A stretch of 64,000 bases of DNA from an uncultured Planctomycetia bacterium (lineage in GTDB: Bacteria > Omnitrophota > Gorgyraeia > Tantalellales > Tantalellaceae). Shown piece by piece: positions 10,320 to 19,845 of this stretch. The stretch is taken from contig CAZGQR010000002.1 in NCBI GenBank assembly GCA_964527765.1, forward strand, positions 50,986 through 114,985. The letters run 5' to 3'. Every line of letters begins with the position of its first letter. Position 1 is the stretch's first letter. The notes beneath the pieces were generated by a model. That model was given only the letters and a program-made list of their open reading frames with translations. It did no database searches and was not told where the DNA came from. The translations under genes and the position numbers were made by a program.

Positions 10320-11729
10320 ATGTTGTTAAAGAAATTATACGATATTCTGGTGAAAATATATTTTGACATTATAAGGGACCCCCTCGTTGCCGTCTGCGGC
10401 AGGCTTAAAAAGGTTCCCAAGAAACTCGTACTTGACATGGACTGGTACCACTGGTGCCTTACCGAACAGGAAGAGCGCCTGAACCTGCATTCGCATCCCT
10501 TGATCTCCAGGTATGCCGATTTTATACGGATCGAAAGATCCCAGGTCTTTAAGAAAAAAGATCCCCCTTTGGAGATAAGCCAGGCTGATTATAAGGGGTT
10601 TACTTACGGCGGATTTAATTTGTGGGGCATTTGCAAGGCCACTATACTTTCGAATCTTGGAGCATTGAAGATCGAGCCGGAAAATCCGGGACATCTTAAG
10701 GAAGTCCAAAGAGTATATGGCGAAGCGGTCGTGGGCATAGAGAATATCAGGAAGCTTTTTAAGCGCCTGAGGCCGGATACCGTTTTTGTCTGCCAGGGAG
10801 GCGTTTTTGACAGCAGGTGCATTATTGAGGTAGCCAGGCGCGCCGGCATTAATGTTGTGGGGGTCGAGAACTCGATGATCGGGGGTTTTATTATTTTCGA
10901 TAATCTTAGCGGGCTTATAATAAACCGGTATTCGCTCGCCCGCCTTGGTTCAGAGATACTTGAAACGTGGCAGGTAACTGATTCGGACAGGAAAAAGGTG
11001 TTTGAGATGTGGCGCCGGAAGCTGTCCGAAAAGGCCGATGAACACAAAACCGGAGGGGTTGACGGGGCGGAAGAGATAAGAAAGGCCCTGGATATACCGG
11101 AGGGAAAAAGCCTCCTGCTTTTGTTGACGCAGGTAAGGACAGATGCCTCGATAGCGCTTGATTCCACGCTGTATGAAGATCCGGTGGATATGATAGTGGA
11201 GGTAGCGAAAAGCATCCGTGATTCAGAGGACACGTTACTTTTAATACGTCTCCACCCCAAGGAGTTTATGGGGAAAGCCCCGAACGGGATCCCTTATAAT
11301 AGGATGACGTATAACCTCTTAAGGGAGAGGGGCATAGACCGCATGCCGAACGTAAAAATAGTGGAAGACCCCAGATACAACACTTATACTTTAATGGAAA
11401 TAGCGAATGCCGGGGTCACTATCAATTCGCAGGCGGGGTTTGAGATGTGTCTTCTCGGCAAGCCGGTCATGGTATGCGGCAACGCGTTCTACGGCAATAA
11501 GGGTTTCACCGTTGACCTGGGACATCCCGCGGCCCTCAAGCCGACACTTGATTTTCTGGTCCACAAGGCGGAGATGTCGCCCGGGCAGCATGAACGGGCG
11601 TTGAATTTCCTTCATTTCCTTTACACAAGACACCTGTTCGATCATAAATTATCGATCAACCAGGAACGCCTTGCCGAGATCTTCGGAATACGGCCGATGC
11701 CTGGGGTGGGCCGGAAAGATCGGCGCTAA
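10320..11729 (+). CDS. Capsule polysaccharide biosynthesis protein family (KpsC/KpsS-like putative beta-Kdo transferase)
   Basis: 469 aa; conserved RLHPKE (HP motif) and GNAFYG; adjacent to kpsF. I could not verify the family assignment. Confidence 0.4.
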   Translation: MLLKKLYDILVKIYFDIIRDPLVAVCGRLKKVPKKLVLDMDWYHWCLTEQEERLNLHSHPLISRYADFIRIERSQVFKKKDPPLEISQADYKGFTYGGFNLWGICKATILSNLGALKIEPENPGHLKEVQRVYGEAVVGIENIRKLFKRLRPDTVFVCQGGVFDSRCIIEVARRAGINVVGVENSMIGGFIIFDNLSGLIINRYSLARLGSEILETWQVTDSDRKKVFEMWRRKLSEKADEHKTGGVDGAEEIRKALDIPEGKSLLLLLTQVRTDASIALDSTLYEDPVDMIVEVAKSIRDSEDTLLLIRLHPKEFMGKAPNGIPYNRMTYNLLRERGIDRMPNVKIVEDPRYNTYTLMEIANAGVTINSQAGFEMCLLGKPVMVCGNAFYGNKGFTVDLGHPAALKPTLDFLVHKAEMSPGQHERALNFLHFLYTRHLFDHKLSINQERLAEIFGIRPMPGVGRKDRR

Positions 11730-11738
11730 AGGAGAATA

Positions 11739-12669
11739 TATGTCACAGGTTTTTGTTTCCGTGGTCATTCCCGTGCTGAATGATGCGCAAAGACTCGCTG
11801 TATGCCTCGGGGCCTTGCGGGCACAGACCTACCCGAAGGACCTTTTTGAGGTCATAGTCGTGGACAACGGTTCAACTGATGACATAAAAAGCGTTATTGA
11901 CGAGTTTAAGGATTTTACTTTTGTTTTGGAGACCGGCCGGGGTCCTGCCGCGGCAAGGAATAAAGGCGTTACTTTAGCCAGGGGCGAGATCATAGCTTTT
12001 ACCGATGCGGATTGCGTACCGGCGCCTGACTGGATCGAAAAAGCCGTTAAAAGCATGTCAAATGTTCCGAAATGCGATGTTATCGCCGGAAAAGTCGAAT
12101 TATTTTTCAAGGATGCGAATAACCCGAAGATCGTGGAACTTTACGAAAGTATCTGGGCATTTCAGCAGGAAAGATGTGTTGAAAAATCACGTTTCGGCGT
12201 AACCGCAAATCTTATTACCTATAAACAGGTCTTTAAAGATGTGGGTCTGTTTGACAGCAATACCTTTAAAACGGCCGCGGGAGAGGACAGGGAGTGGGGG
12301 AATCGGGTGTTCTCATCCGGACGCAGGATCGTCTACGCGGACGATGTACGGGTCGCCCACCCGGCTGTGTCTTCCTGGAAAGAGTTATTCAATAAGGAGA
12401 TCAGGATAGCCCGCGGGAATTTTCTGTTTGCCGGAGAGAAGACCTTACCAACACGGGAATATTTTTCAATCACGGTTAAAAGAGCGTCAGAAGTTCTTGA
12501 AAGCATAGTGCGTTTTTGGTCGGATAAAAGAGTAAAAGGGAAACGCCAGAAGATCGCCGTTATTTTTGTGCAAATATGCATGAGGTTTGTGGGATTTTTT
12601 GAAAGAACGCGATTGCGGTTGTCCGGAAAAGATAATGAAGAAAATAAGCGTCATAATCCCGACATATAA
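11739..12669 (+). CDS. GT2-family glycosyltransferase
   Basis: VSVVIPVLNDAQRL...VIVVDNGSTDD...FTDADC (DxD); RBS GGAGAA upstream of the ATG at 11739. The track ORF begins earlier, at 11671. Confidence 0.8.
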
Positions 12670-13489
12670 CAGGCCCGACCGTCTCAGGCGGTGCCTTGAG
12701 AGTGTTGCCCGGCAGACCCTTTCAAAGGAAGATTTTGAGGTTTTTATCATGGATGACGGGTCTGAACGGGACAATAGACCCGTGGTCGACGAGTTTTCCG
12801 GCGAGATGGACCTGACCTACGTGAAGTGCGAGAAAGAAGGACCCGCCGCCTCACGGAACAAGGGACTGAAGAGAGCAAATGCTCCTGTTGTTGCCTTTGC
12901 CGATGACGATTGCGTGCTTGATGAGGGCTGGTTATCCGCTATTCATGAAGGATTTGAGCGTCATCCCGGGATATCGTGCCTGAAGGGCAGGACCCTCGCG
13001 TTTGAACCCAATGAATTCGCCGGGGCCTGTGAAAAATATATTTATGGTTCAAAAAAGTCCCATGCGACGAACAATATCGCCTACAGGAAAGAGGTTTTTG
13101 GCGATATCGGCGGTTTTGACACGCGGTATCGTGGCGCTGCCGGCGAGGACGTGGATCTCAAGTGGCGGTTTTTGAAAGCGGGATACAAGAGGCTGTATTC
13201 GGAAGATATGGTGGCGTACCATCCGCATGAAGATTCGATGCCCGCCTTTAAGGATAAATGCTACAGGGTCGGTAACGGTTTAGGGGTTTTTGTAAGAAAA
13301 TATATCTTCAGGGATCCGCTATTGGCTATCGGCGCCTTTATTTATGATATAAGATATCTGCCGCTGAGCTGGTATTTTTTGTTGTTTAAAAAAGAAAGTC
13401 ATTCTTCATTTTCATTAAGGGCGGTGCGTTCTGCGCTGATCCTGAAGGGATTTTTGGATTCTTTCAAAATTAAGAATAAGGAAAAATGA
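12635..13489 (+). CDS. GT2-family glycosyltransferase
   Basis: KKISVIIPTYNRPDRLRRCLESVARQT...FADDDC; the track ORF begins at 12587, but MKKIS at 12635 is the likely start. Confidence 0.8.
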   Translation: MKKISVIIPTYNRPDRLRRCLESVARQTLSKEDFEVFIMDDGSERDNRPVVDEFSGEMDLTYVKCEKEGPAASRNKGLKRANAPVVAFADDDCVLDEGWLSAIHEGFERHPGISCLKGRTLAFEPNEFAGACEKYIYGSKKSHATNNIAYRKEVFGDIGGFDTRYRGAAGEDVDLKWRFLKAGYKRLYSEDMVAYHPHEDSMPAFKDKCYRVGNGLGVFVRKYIFRDPLLAIGAFIYDIRYLPLSWYFLLFKKESHSSFSLRAVRSALILKGFLDSFKIKNKEK

Positions 13490-14613
13490 GGATCTTATAC
13501 ATAACCAGGAAATTTCCGCCTTCTATCGGCGGGATGCAAAGACAGAGTTACGAGTTTTATAACGCTCTTAAGGAAAAGGAAGAAGTTTTTTTGGTTTCAT
13601 GGGGGCATTCCCAGAAGTTTCTGCCGTTTTTCCTTGCGATAGCCGCGGTTAAAGGAGCGTATCATATTCTACGGCATAAAGCGGATGTTGTGCAGGTCGG
13701 GGATATGGTACTTGCGCCCCTGGGTTTTATGTTTAAATTATTTTTCCGAAGGACTGTTTTTGCGATGTCGCACGGTAAGGATACGTACTTCAATAATGCG
13801 CTGTATCAGTACTGCATTCCCGGTTTCGCAAAGAGGCTTGACGGGATAATATGCGTAAGCGATTTTTTAAAGCAGGTTCTTGTGTCCAGGGGTCTGGATC
13901 CGGGAAAGTTGTTTGTTGTGAATAACGGCATGAACGCTGCGGATTATACTGAGATCCGCGATAAGATAGCGGCCGTGAACGAAATAGAGCTGAAATACGG
14001 GATAGACCTGGAAAATAAAAAGATAATCCTGTCGGTGTCCCGGCTGGTGAAAAGAAAAGGGCTTTCGCATTTCGTGAAAAACATATTCCCTCATATTGTC
14101 AAGGGCGTCCCGGATGCGGTGTTATTGCTGGCAGGCGAAGATGCCGGAAGAGAGACCAGGAAAGAAAAAGACGCGATCACGGAGATCGCGAAAAGACTTA
14201 ACATCGATAACAGGGTATTTTTCCTCGGTAACATCAGGGACAGGGGGCTGCTTGGCCGGATTTATTCGATCTCTGACGTACTGATAATGCCGAATATCGT
14301 GGTAAAAGGCGAGAGTGAAGGTTTCGGGATCGTGGCCCTGGAAGCTTCCGTGAGCAGGGTTCCGGTTATCGCTTTCAGCGTGGGCGGCATCCCGGATGCC
14401 GTGAAGAACGGAGAGAACGGTATATTGGTAAAAAAGGGCGATAACGATGGATTTGCGCAAGCCGTAGAAAGAATTCTAATCGATGAAAAAACGAGAATGG
14501 ATCTGGGCAATAAGGCCAGGGAATTTGTTAAGAAAAATTATGATTGGAACGTATTAATGAACAGATATGTTGAAATCTTAAAAAAGGCCCGAGGATCCCG
14601 CCGGGTCACTTAA
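13486..14613 (+). CDS. GT4-family (GT-B) glycosyltransferase
   Basis: MRILYITRKFPPSIGGMQRQ... and the C-terminal EGFGIVALEASVSRVPVIAFSVGGIPDAV (EX7E-like motif). Confidence 0.8.
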   Translation: MRILYITRKFPPSIGGMQRQSYEFYNALKEKEEVFLVSWGHSQKFLPFFLAIAAVKGAYHILRHKADVVQVGDMVLAPLGFMFKLFFRRTVFAMSHGKDTYFNNALYQYCIPGFAKRLDGIICVSDFLKQVLVSRGLDPGKLFVVNNGMNAADYTEIRDKIAAVNEIELKYGIDLENKKIILSVSRLVKRKGLSHFVKNIFPHIVKGVPDAVLLLAGEDAGRETRKEKDAITEIAKRLNIDNRVFFLGNIRDRGLLGRIYSISDVLIMPNIVVKGESEGFGIVALEASVSRVPVIAFSVGGIPDAVKNGENGILVKKGDNDGFAQAVERILIDEKTRMDLGNKAREFVKKNYDWNVLMNRYVEILKKARGSRRVT

Positions 14614-15576
14614 TCACATATTTAATTCCATTCTTTTTATCTTGCTCAGCGTATCTTCAACTAATCTTCTATTCGCGGATATCAGATCGGCCAGCATCCC
14701 CAGGAGGAATATCTGAAAGCCCAGGATCAGAAGAACGGCGGACAATATCAGCGACTGGACATGTCCGGCCGCTCCCTTGTTGATTATATAAAAGTAAAGG
14801 AATCTCAATCCGACCAGAAAACCCGCGAGGAAGATCGTTCCACCGAGCCGCGCAAAGACCTTTAACGGTTTGTACATGGTGTAGACCCTTAACAGGGTAG
14901 CTGCGGACCTGAGCAGGTATTCCGGAACGCTCTTGAAAAGGCGGGACTTCCTGAGGTCCGGGTTAGTGGAGACCTCGATATTCTCCACGGCAAGGCCTTT
15001 ATTGCCCGCCGCGATTATGGTTTCGAGAGTATAGGTGAACTCGGAGATGACATTTAATCTTATGGCGGCCTCCTTGCTGTAGGCCCTGAAACCGGTAGTG
15101 GCATCGGGGATATCGAGCCCCGAAAGGTACTTGACGACCTTGCTGCCGGTGCGCTGCAGTCTCTTTTTTATAAGGGAAAAATGCCTGATCTCCTCTATTT
15201 TTCTGTTCCCGATGACTATATCGGCCTTTTTTTCGATAATAGGCCGTACCAGTTTTTCTATGTCTTTGCCTTTATACTGGTTGTCGGCGTCCGTGTTCAC
15301 GATGATATCCGCGCCAAGCCTGAGCGCGGCATCTATCCCTGTTGCGAAGACGACGGCAAGACCCCTTCTTTTTTTGAGGCTTACGATGTGGCCGGCGCCG
15401 TTCTCCGCGGCTGCGCCGGCGGTATTGTCCGTGCTTCCGTCGTTTATCACGAGCGTCTCGATCTCGGAGACCCCCGGTATGGTCTTTGGCAGGCCTTTTA
15501 GCGTTACAGGCAGGGTTTTCTCCTCGTTGTAGCAGGGTATCTGGATGATCAGTTTATATTTTTCCATAAAAGTCAC
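14614..15576 (-). CDS. GT2 polyprenyl-phosphate glycosyltransferase (GtrB/ArnC/DPM-synthase-like) with C-terminal TM helices
   Basis: IIQIPCYNEEKTL...VINDGSTDNT...NTDADNQ followed by two C-terminal TM segments. This pairs logically with the GT39 enzyme at 4920-6329. Confidence 0.75.
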   Translation of the reverse strand: MTFMEKYKLIIQIPCYNEEKTLPVTLKGLPKTIPGVSEIETLVINDGSTDNTAGAAAENGAGHIVSLKKRRGLAVVFATGIDAALRLGADIIVNTDADNQYKGKDIEKLVRPIIEKKADIVIGNRKIEEIRHFSLIKKRLQRTGSKVVKYLSGLDIPDATTGFRAYSKEAAIRLNVISEFTYTLETIIAAGNKGLAVENIEVSTNPDLRKSRLFKSVPEYLLRSAATLLRVYTMYKPLKVFARLGGTIFLAGFLVGLRFLYFYIINKGAAGHVQSLILSAVLLILGFQIFLLGMLADLISANRRLVEDTLSKIKRMELNM

Positions 15577-15757
15577 CTTTGGATATTAAGAACTTTTCAA
15601 ATGTTCGCGTATTATAGATTTAAGATTATCATATTTGTTCCCGAAAAACAAGATGATAAAAATCACACTGACCGTTGCTATACGTCCGATTTATGCGGTA
15701 TAATATACTGGCCGGCACGCGCTCGCTTCTGTGGACCTGAAGCAAGGAGGTATTCCC

Positions 15758-16387
15758 ATGAAGGGCATGATTATCGTTTTGGTCTTTGCGCTCATTTGTT
15801 TTATGAGCCCGGGCTCTCATGCCGCTAATGAGATCCGTTTTGACTTCGAGGGGACGAACCAGGGCTGGATAATCCCCGATTGGGCCTATTATCAAAGTGA
15901 CCATAAAGCCAAAACCGTCGAGGTAAGCGATAAAGAGGTATCGCACGGCAAAAACTCCCTGGCGGTGATGTGTGAATTTCCGGGCGACGAATGGACGGCG
16001 GCACTTGTTGAGTGGAAAAGAGAGGTAGATCTAAGCGGGTATGATACTATCTCCGTCGATGTGTATGTTCCCAAAGGGGCGCCCAGGGCGCTTTTGAAGG
16101 GCAGGATCATACTGACCGCGGGGGAGGGGTGGCATTTCACCGAGATGAAAAACGCGGTTTACCTCAAACCCGGAAGATGGACCACCATAAAAGCAAAACT
16201 CGAATCCGAAGCGCCTGCGGAAGGCGAACCCTCGGATTGGAAAGGCAGGGGCGACAAAGCCCTTTATAAAAATATCGATAATATAAAGAAGATCGCCGTC
16301 AGGATAGAGTATGACGCCGCACCCCCTCACAGGATGGGCCCCAGATATCACGGTCCTATCTATATCGATAATGTAGTCATAAAATAA
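15758..16387 (+). CDS. Secreted hypothetical protein (signal peptide; beta-sandwich/CBM-like)
   Basis: AGGAGG RBS 8 nt upstream; MKGMIIVLVFALICFMSPGSHA signal peptide; no recognisable catalytic motif. Confidence 0.45.
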   Translation: MKGMIIVLVFALICFMSPGSHAANEIRFDFEGTNQGWIIPDWAYYQSDHKAKTVEVSDKEVSHGKNSLAVMCEFPGDEWTAALVEWKREVDLSGYDTISVDVYVPKGAPRALLKGRIILTAGEGWHFTEMKNAVYLKPGRWTTIKAKLESEAPAEGEPSDWKGRGDKALYKNIDNIKKIAVRIEYDAAPPHRMGPRYHGPIYIDNVVIK

Positions 16388-16407
16388 AGCTGAAGAGGGC
16401 AGGATCC

Positions 16408-17211
16408 ATGAAGAAAAAGATTCTCATAGGGATCCTTGTTCTGGCCCTGGTCTTTACGCTCGGCAAGAACAAGATCATAGAGATATTCGTTGAAAGAAGT
16501 TGCACCTCCATACTGGGCGCGAAGCTGGACATCCGGAGCATGAGAATAGGGATACTCAGGACGGCCATAGACATCAGGGGGATGAAACTGTATAATCCGG
16601 AAGGTTATCCTGACGAGCTTATGGCGGACATACCCGGGATCTATGTCGACTACAGTTTGCCGAGATTACTGAAAGGAACGGTGCATCTGAAGGAACTGAA
16701 GTTTTATCTGAAAGAGTTCAATATCATCAAGAACAGCAACGGAGAGGTGAACGTGAATTCCCTTAAGCCCGTTAGGACCAAAACGAACGGGAAAAAAATG
16801 GAACAGCAGGAAAAAGACAAGACCCCGGATATAGAGATAGATATATTGTATCTTAAGGCCGATGATGTTTTTTATAAGGACTATACAAAGGATCCTGTGG
16901 AAGTGCAGGATTTCAAAGTCGGCATCAACGAAAGATATGAGAATATCAGCGATCCGTATACCCTGGTGAGACTGATCATAGCCAGGGTCATCCGCAATAC
17001 GGCCGCATCAGGGCTTATAAACGTGCCCATGGCAGAGGTGCAGAAGGTCATGGGAAGTGTTTACCAGGTGGGGGCCAGTGCGGTCGAAGGGACTACCGGT
17101 ACCGCCGGGAAACTGGTAAAAGAAGCGGGCGGCACGGTAAAAGCGCTCCGGGAAGGACTGGGGGAGGCCATTGCGGGCCCTTTTTCACGCGAGGGATCCG
17201 GGAAGCAGTAA
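16408..17211 (+). CDS. Hypothetical protein with N-terminal signal anchor
   Basis: 267 aa ORF with a hydrophobic N-terminus (ILIGILVLALVF) and good coding periodicity; function unknown. Confidence 0.4.
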   Translation: MKKKILIGILVLALVFTLGKNKIIEIFVERSCTSILGAKLDIRSMRIGILRTAIDIRGMKLYNPEGYPDELMADIPGIYVDYSLPRLLKGTVHLKELKFYLKEFNIIKNSNGEVNVNSLKPVRTKTNGKKMEQQEKDKTPDIEIDILYLKADDVFYKDYTKDPVEVQDFKVGINERYENISDPYTLVRLIIARVIRNTAASGLINVPMAEVQKVMGSVYQVGASAVEGTTGTAGKLVKEAGGTVKALREGLGEAIAGPFSREGSGKQ

Positions 17212-17324
17212 CGTATTGAAAAATCTATCGACAAATCAAGATGCTTATTGTAGAATTTATATCACCTAACAATGTGGTTTTCTTCATCATGCAAGCGGCA
17301 TTTTTGCGGGAACGGAGATGATAT

Positions 17325-17684
17325 ATGAAAGAACATAATATACTGGTCGTTGACGATAACAAGGATTTTGCTGACGTTTTTTGCGATATATTGAAGGCCA
17401 ATGATTACAAGGCCGAAAGTTGTTACGGCGGCGCCCGGGCAGTGGAAATGGCGAAAGAGAACACCTATGATATAATGTTCCTGGATATAAGGATGCCGGA
17501 CATGGACGGCATCCAGACCCTCAAAGTGATCAAGAAGATCCGCCCGGAGACCATCGTCATCATGATGACCGGATATTCTGTGGACGAGATGGTCCATAAG
17601 GCGCTCGAAGAAAAGGCATCCGAGATAATATACAAACCTTTCGAAATAGATAAGGTCCTGAGTTTGATAAAGGACACCGCGTAG
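17325..17684 (+). CDS. Single-domain response regulator (CheY-like)
   Basis: ILVVDDN...DIMFLDIRMPDMDG...MMTG receiver motifs; 119 aa. Confidence 0.8.
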   Translation: MKEHNILVVDDNKDFADVFCDILKANDYKAESCYGGARAVEMAKENTYDIMFLDIRMPDMDGIQTLKVIKKIRPETIVIMMTGYSVDEMVHKALEEKASEIIYKPFEIDKVLSLIKDTA

Positions 17685-17696
17685 ATCCGCAAGGCT

Positions 17697-18479
17697 ATGA
17701 GAGGGAGCCTTTTAAATCCTTACCGAGAATTATTCACACATTCCGCGTGCAGGCGTTTTTTTCCGTATCTTTTGACAATTCTTATGTTCTCGGCGTGTAT
17801 TTCCATGCCCGCCGAAGCGTATGTTGACGAAAACAGGTTCTTCTCTTATAAAAGGTTCATCCTCAACAAGGATTTTGTCGGCAGCATTCCCGCTGACGGA
17901 AGGGTGCAAAAGACCCTGAACATTTTCGTGGCCGATTTCAAAAACGCCCTGGAAGCTATTTCCGACGGGCGCCCGGAAGAGGCAAAAAGAGATCTGCTGA
18001 AGGCGCGCGAGACCTGGCCCGAGTATTTCGGCGTGGATTTTTTGCTGGCACGCATCTATGAAGATCAGGGCGATTACGGGACCGCAGCGCGATACTATAA
18101 AAGCTATCTGAATAAACTCAAGGATCTGCATGCCGGAAGGTACCGCATTTCCGGACCGCTGATACGCGGCATCACCGCCTCCGGCATTGAAGAATATCAT
18201 TCCGCGCATGAACTTATTGAACGGCGGCTGGCCCGTTACGGTATCAGCCTGGGCGTCGTGCGTCCGGTTTTTACGCCCCCCAGGGTCCTGTTACCTTCTT
18301 TGCTGGTCATGGCCGCAGCCGGCGCTTACGCGATGATATACTACTGGTTATGGCCATATGTAAAAAGAAGGCGCTTGATCAGCAATCCGCCCGAGGGGTT
18401 CTGGATATGCAGGTATTGTGACACGGCTAATCCCGATCTTTGCAAGGAATGCGGAAAATGCGGCCACCCCCGGGAATAA
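17697..18479 (+). CDS. Membrane protein with periplasmic TPR-like segment and C-terminal zinc-ribbon
   Basis: Signal/TM region, TPR-like WPEYFGVDFLLARIYEDQGDYGTAARYYKSY, a second TM, and a cytoplasmic CRYCDTANPDLCKECGKCGHP. Confidence 0.4.
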   Translation: MRGSLLNPYRELFTHSACRRFFPYLLTILMFSACISMPAEAYVDENRFFSYKRFILNKDFVGSIPADGRVQKTLNIFVADFKNALEAISDGRPEEAKRDLLKARETWPEYFGVDFLLARIYEDQGDYGTAARYYKSYLNKLKDLHAGRYRISGPLIRGITASGIEEYHSAHELIERRLARYGISLGVVRPVFTPPRVLLPSLLVMAAAGAYAMIYYWLWPYVKRRRLISNPPEGFWICRYCDTANPDLCKECGKCGHPRE

Positions 18480-18500
18480 GCGTTACCGGTTTCATCTGAT

Positions 18501-19259
18501 ATGGATAAGGAAAAGTTGTTCAATTATTGTTTTGGCTGCCCGGCAGAGATCTTCCCGGAAACAGCGATCATAACCCCCGTTCTTCCGGTAAAAAGCTTCA
18601 AGGAGCACTGTGATGAGGCGGCGCCTTTCAGCGGCCGGTTATATTCGGGCATGATGGCCGTAAAGAACGGCGTGGAGTTTGCCGTGATCCATTGCGGCAT
18701 GGGGGACCGTTTCATGGGGGACGCAGTCCTTCTCATGGATATCGCTCCGGTACGCAGGATAGTTTTCGCCGGGACTTGCGGGGGGCTGAACGGATGCAGG
18801 ATAGGCGATCTCATAGCGTGCCGGAACGCTTTTAACGGAGAGGGTTTTTCCAGATACCATGCGGACTCGTTTGACATGAAAAAGGTTTTTGATACCGGCG
18901 AGCTGATACCCGCCGCTCCCGCTTATACGGAAAGTTTAATAGGGTTTTTGTCCGAACGGGCGCCGGGCGGAGCGGTTTTTAGGACCGGTGACATCTTCAC
19001 GATAGGATCGCTTATGGCGGAGGAACGGAAGAACGTGATCGGCATAGAAGAAAAGGGTTTCAAGGGGATAGACCTTGAGCTCTCAGCCGTGTATCATGCC
19101 GCGCGCAGGATCGGCCGTGAGGCGACGGGCCTGGCGCTTGTCAGCGACCTGCCCCTGCAAAGGCCGATATGGGATCAACCGGCTCAAAAGGAGAAGAACG
19201 GTTACGGTAACGGGCTAAGGCAACTGGTACGTTTTTCCGCGGAATTCGCTGTCCTTTGA
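18501..19259 (+). CDS. PNP/UDP-1-family nucleoside phosphorylase/hydrolase (MTAN/futalosine-hydrolase-like)
   Basis: GMGDRFMGDAVLLMDIAPVRRIVFAGTCGGL is a typical PNP_UDP_1 core. Confidence 0.5.
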   Translation: MDKEKLFNYCFGCPAEIFPETAIITPVLPVKSFKEHCDEAAPFSGRLYSGMMAVKNGVEFAVIHCGMGDRFMGDAVLLMDIAPVRRIVFAGTCGGLNGCRIGDLIACRNAFNGEGFSRYHADSFDMKKVFDTGELIPAAPAYTESLIGFLSERAPGGAVFRTGDIFTIGSLMAEERKNVIGIEEKGFKGIDLELSAVYHAARRIGREATGLALVSDLPLQRPIWDQPAQKEKNGYGNGLRQLVRFSAEFAVL

Positions 19260-19282
19260 AGAAGGGGCAGAAAGGAGATGAA

Positions 19283-19837
19283 ATGAAGAAGGAAGCGCTG
19301 GTAGTTCTTGCTGAAGGATTTGAAGAGATAGAAGCGATCACCCCCGTGGATGTCCTTCGCCGGGCAGAGGTGAATGTTATCGTGGCCGGTCTCGGGGGGA
19401 ACTCCGTAACCGGCGCGCACGGTGTCGCGATAATAACCGATATTGCCTTTGATGATTACGGGTCTCTCCCCGATGCCGTGGTATTTCCCGGAGGACTGCC
19501 GGGCGCCGAGAAGCTCGCGTCTTCGGTAAAGGTAAAAGATATGATCCTGAAGATGAATTCCGAACAGAGGCTGATCGCCGCGATATGCGCTTCACCGGCG
19601 CTGGTCCTTGCTCCGGCGGGTATCTTGAGCGGCAGGACGGCGACCTGTTATCCGGGGCTGGAAAAGAATTTTTTGCCGGACGTAAAGTTTGTGAAGGAAA
19701 AAGTCGTTCAGGACGGCAACATCATCACCAGCCGCGGGCCCGCGACGGCGCTGGATTTCGCCCTTAAGATCGCAGAGAATCTCGCAGGAAAGGCCAAAGC
19801 GGACATGCTCGCCCAGCAGGTGCTTTTCAATACATAG
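19283..19837 (+). CDS. DJ-1/PfpI-family protein (YajL-like)
   Basis: MKKEALVVLAEGFEEIEAITPVDVLRRA...AAICASPALVL, with the nucleophile-elbow Cys. Confidence 0.8.
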   Translation: MKKEALVVLAEGFEEIEAITPVDVLRRAEVNVIVAGLGGNSVTGAHGVAIITDIAFDDYGSLPDAVVFPGGLPGAEKLASSVKVKDMILKMNSEQRLIAAICASPALVLAPAGILSGRTATCYPGLEKNFLPDVKFVKEKVVQDGNIITSRGPATALDFALKIAENLAGKAKADMLAQQVLFNT

Positions 19838-19845
19838 ATCACGGC

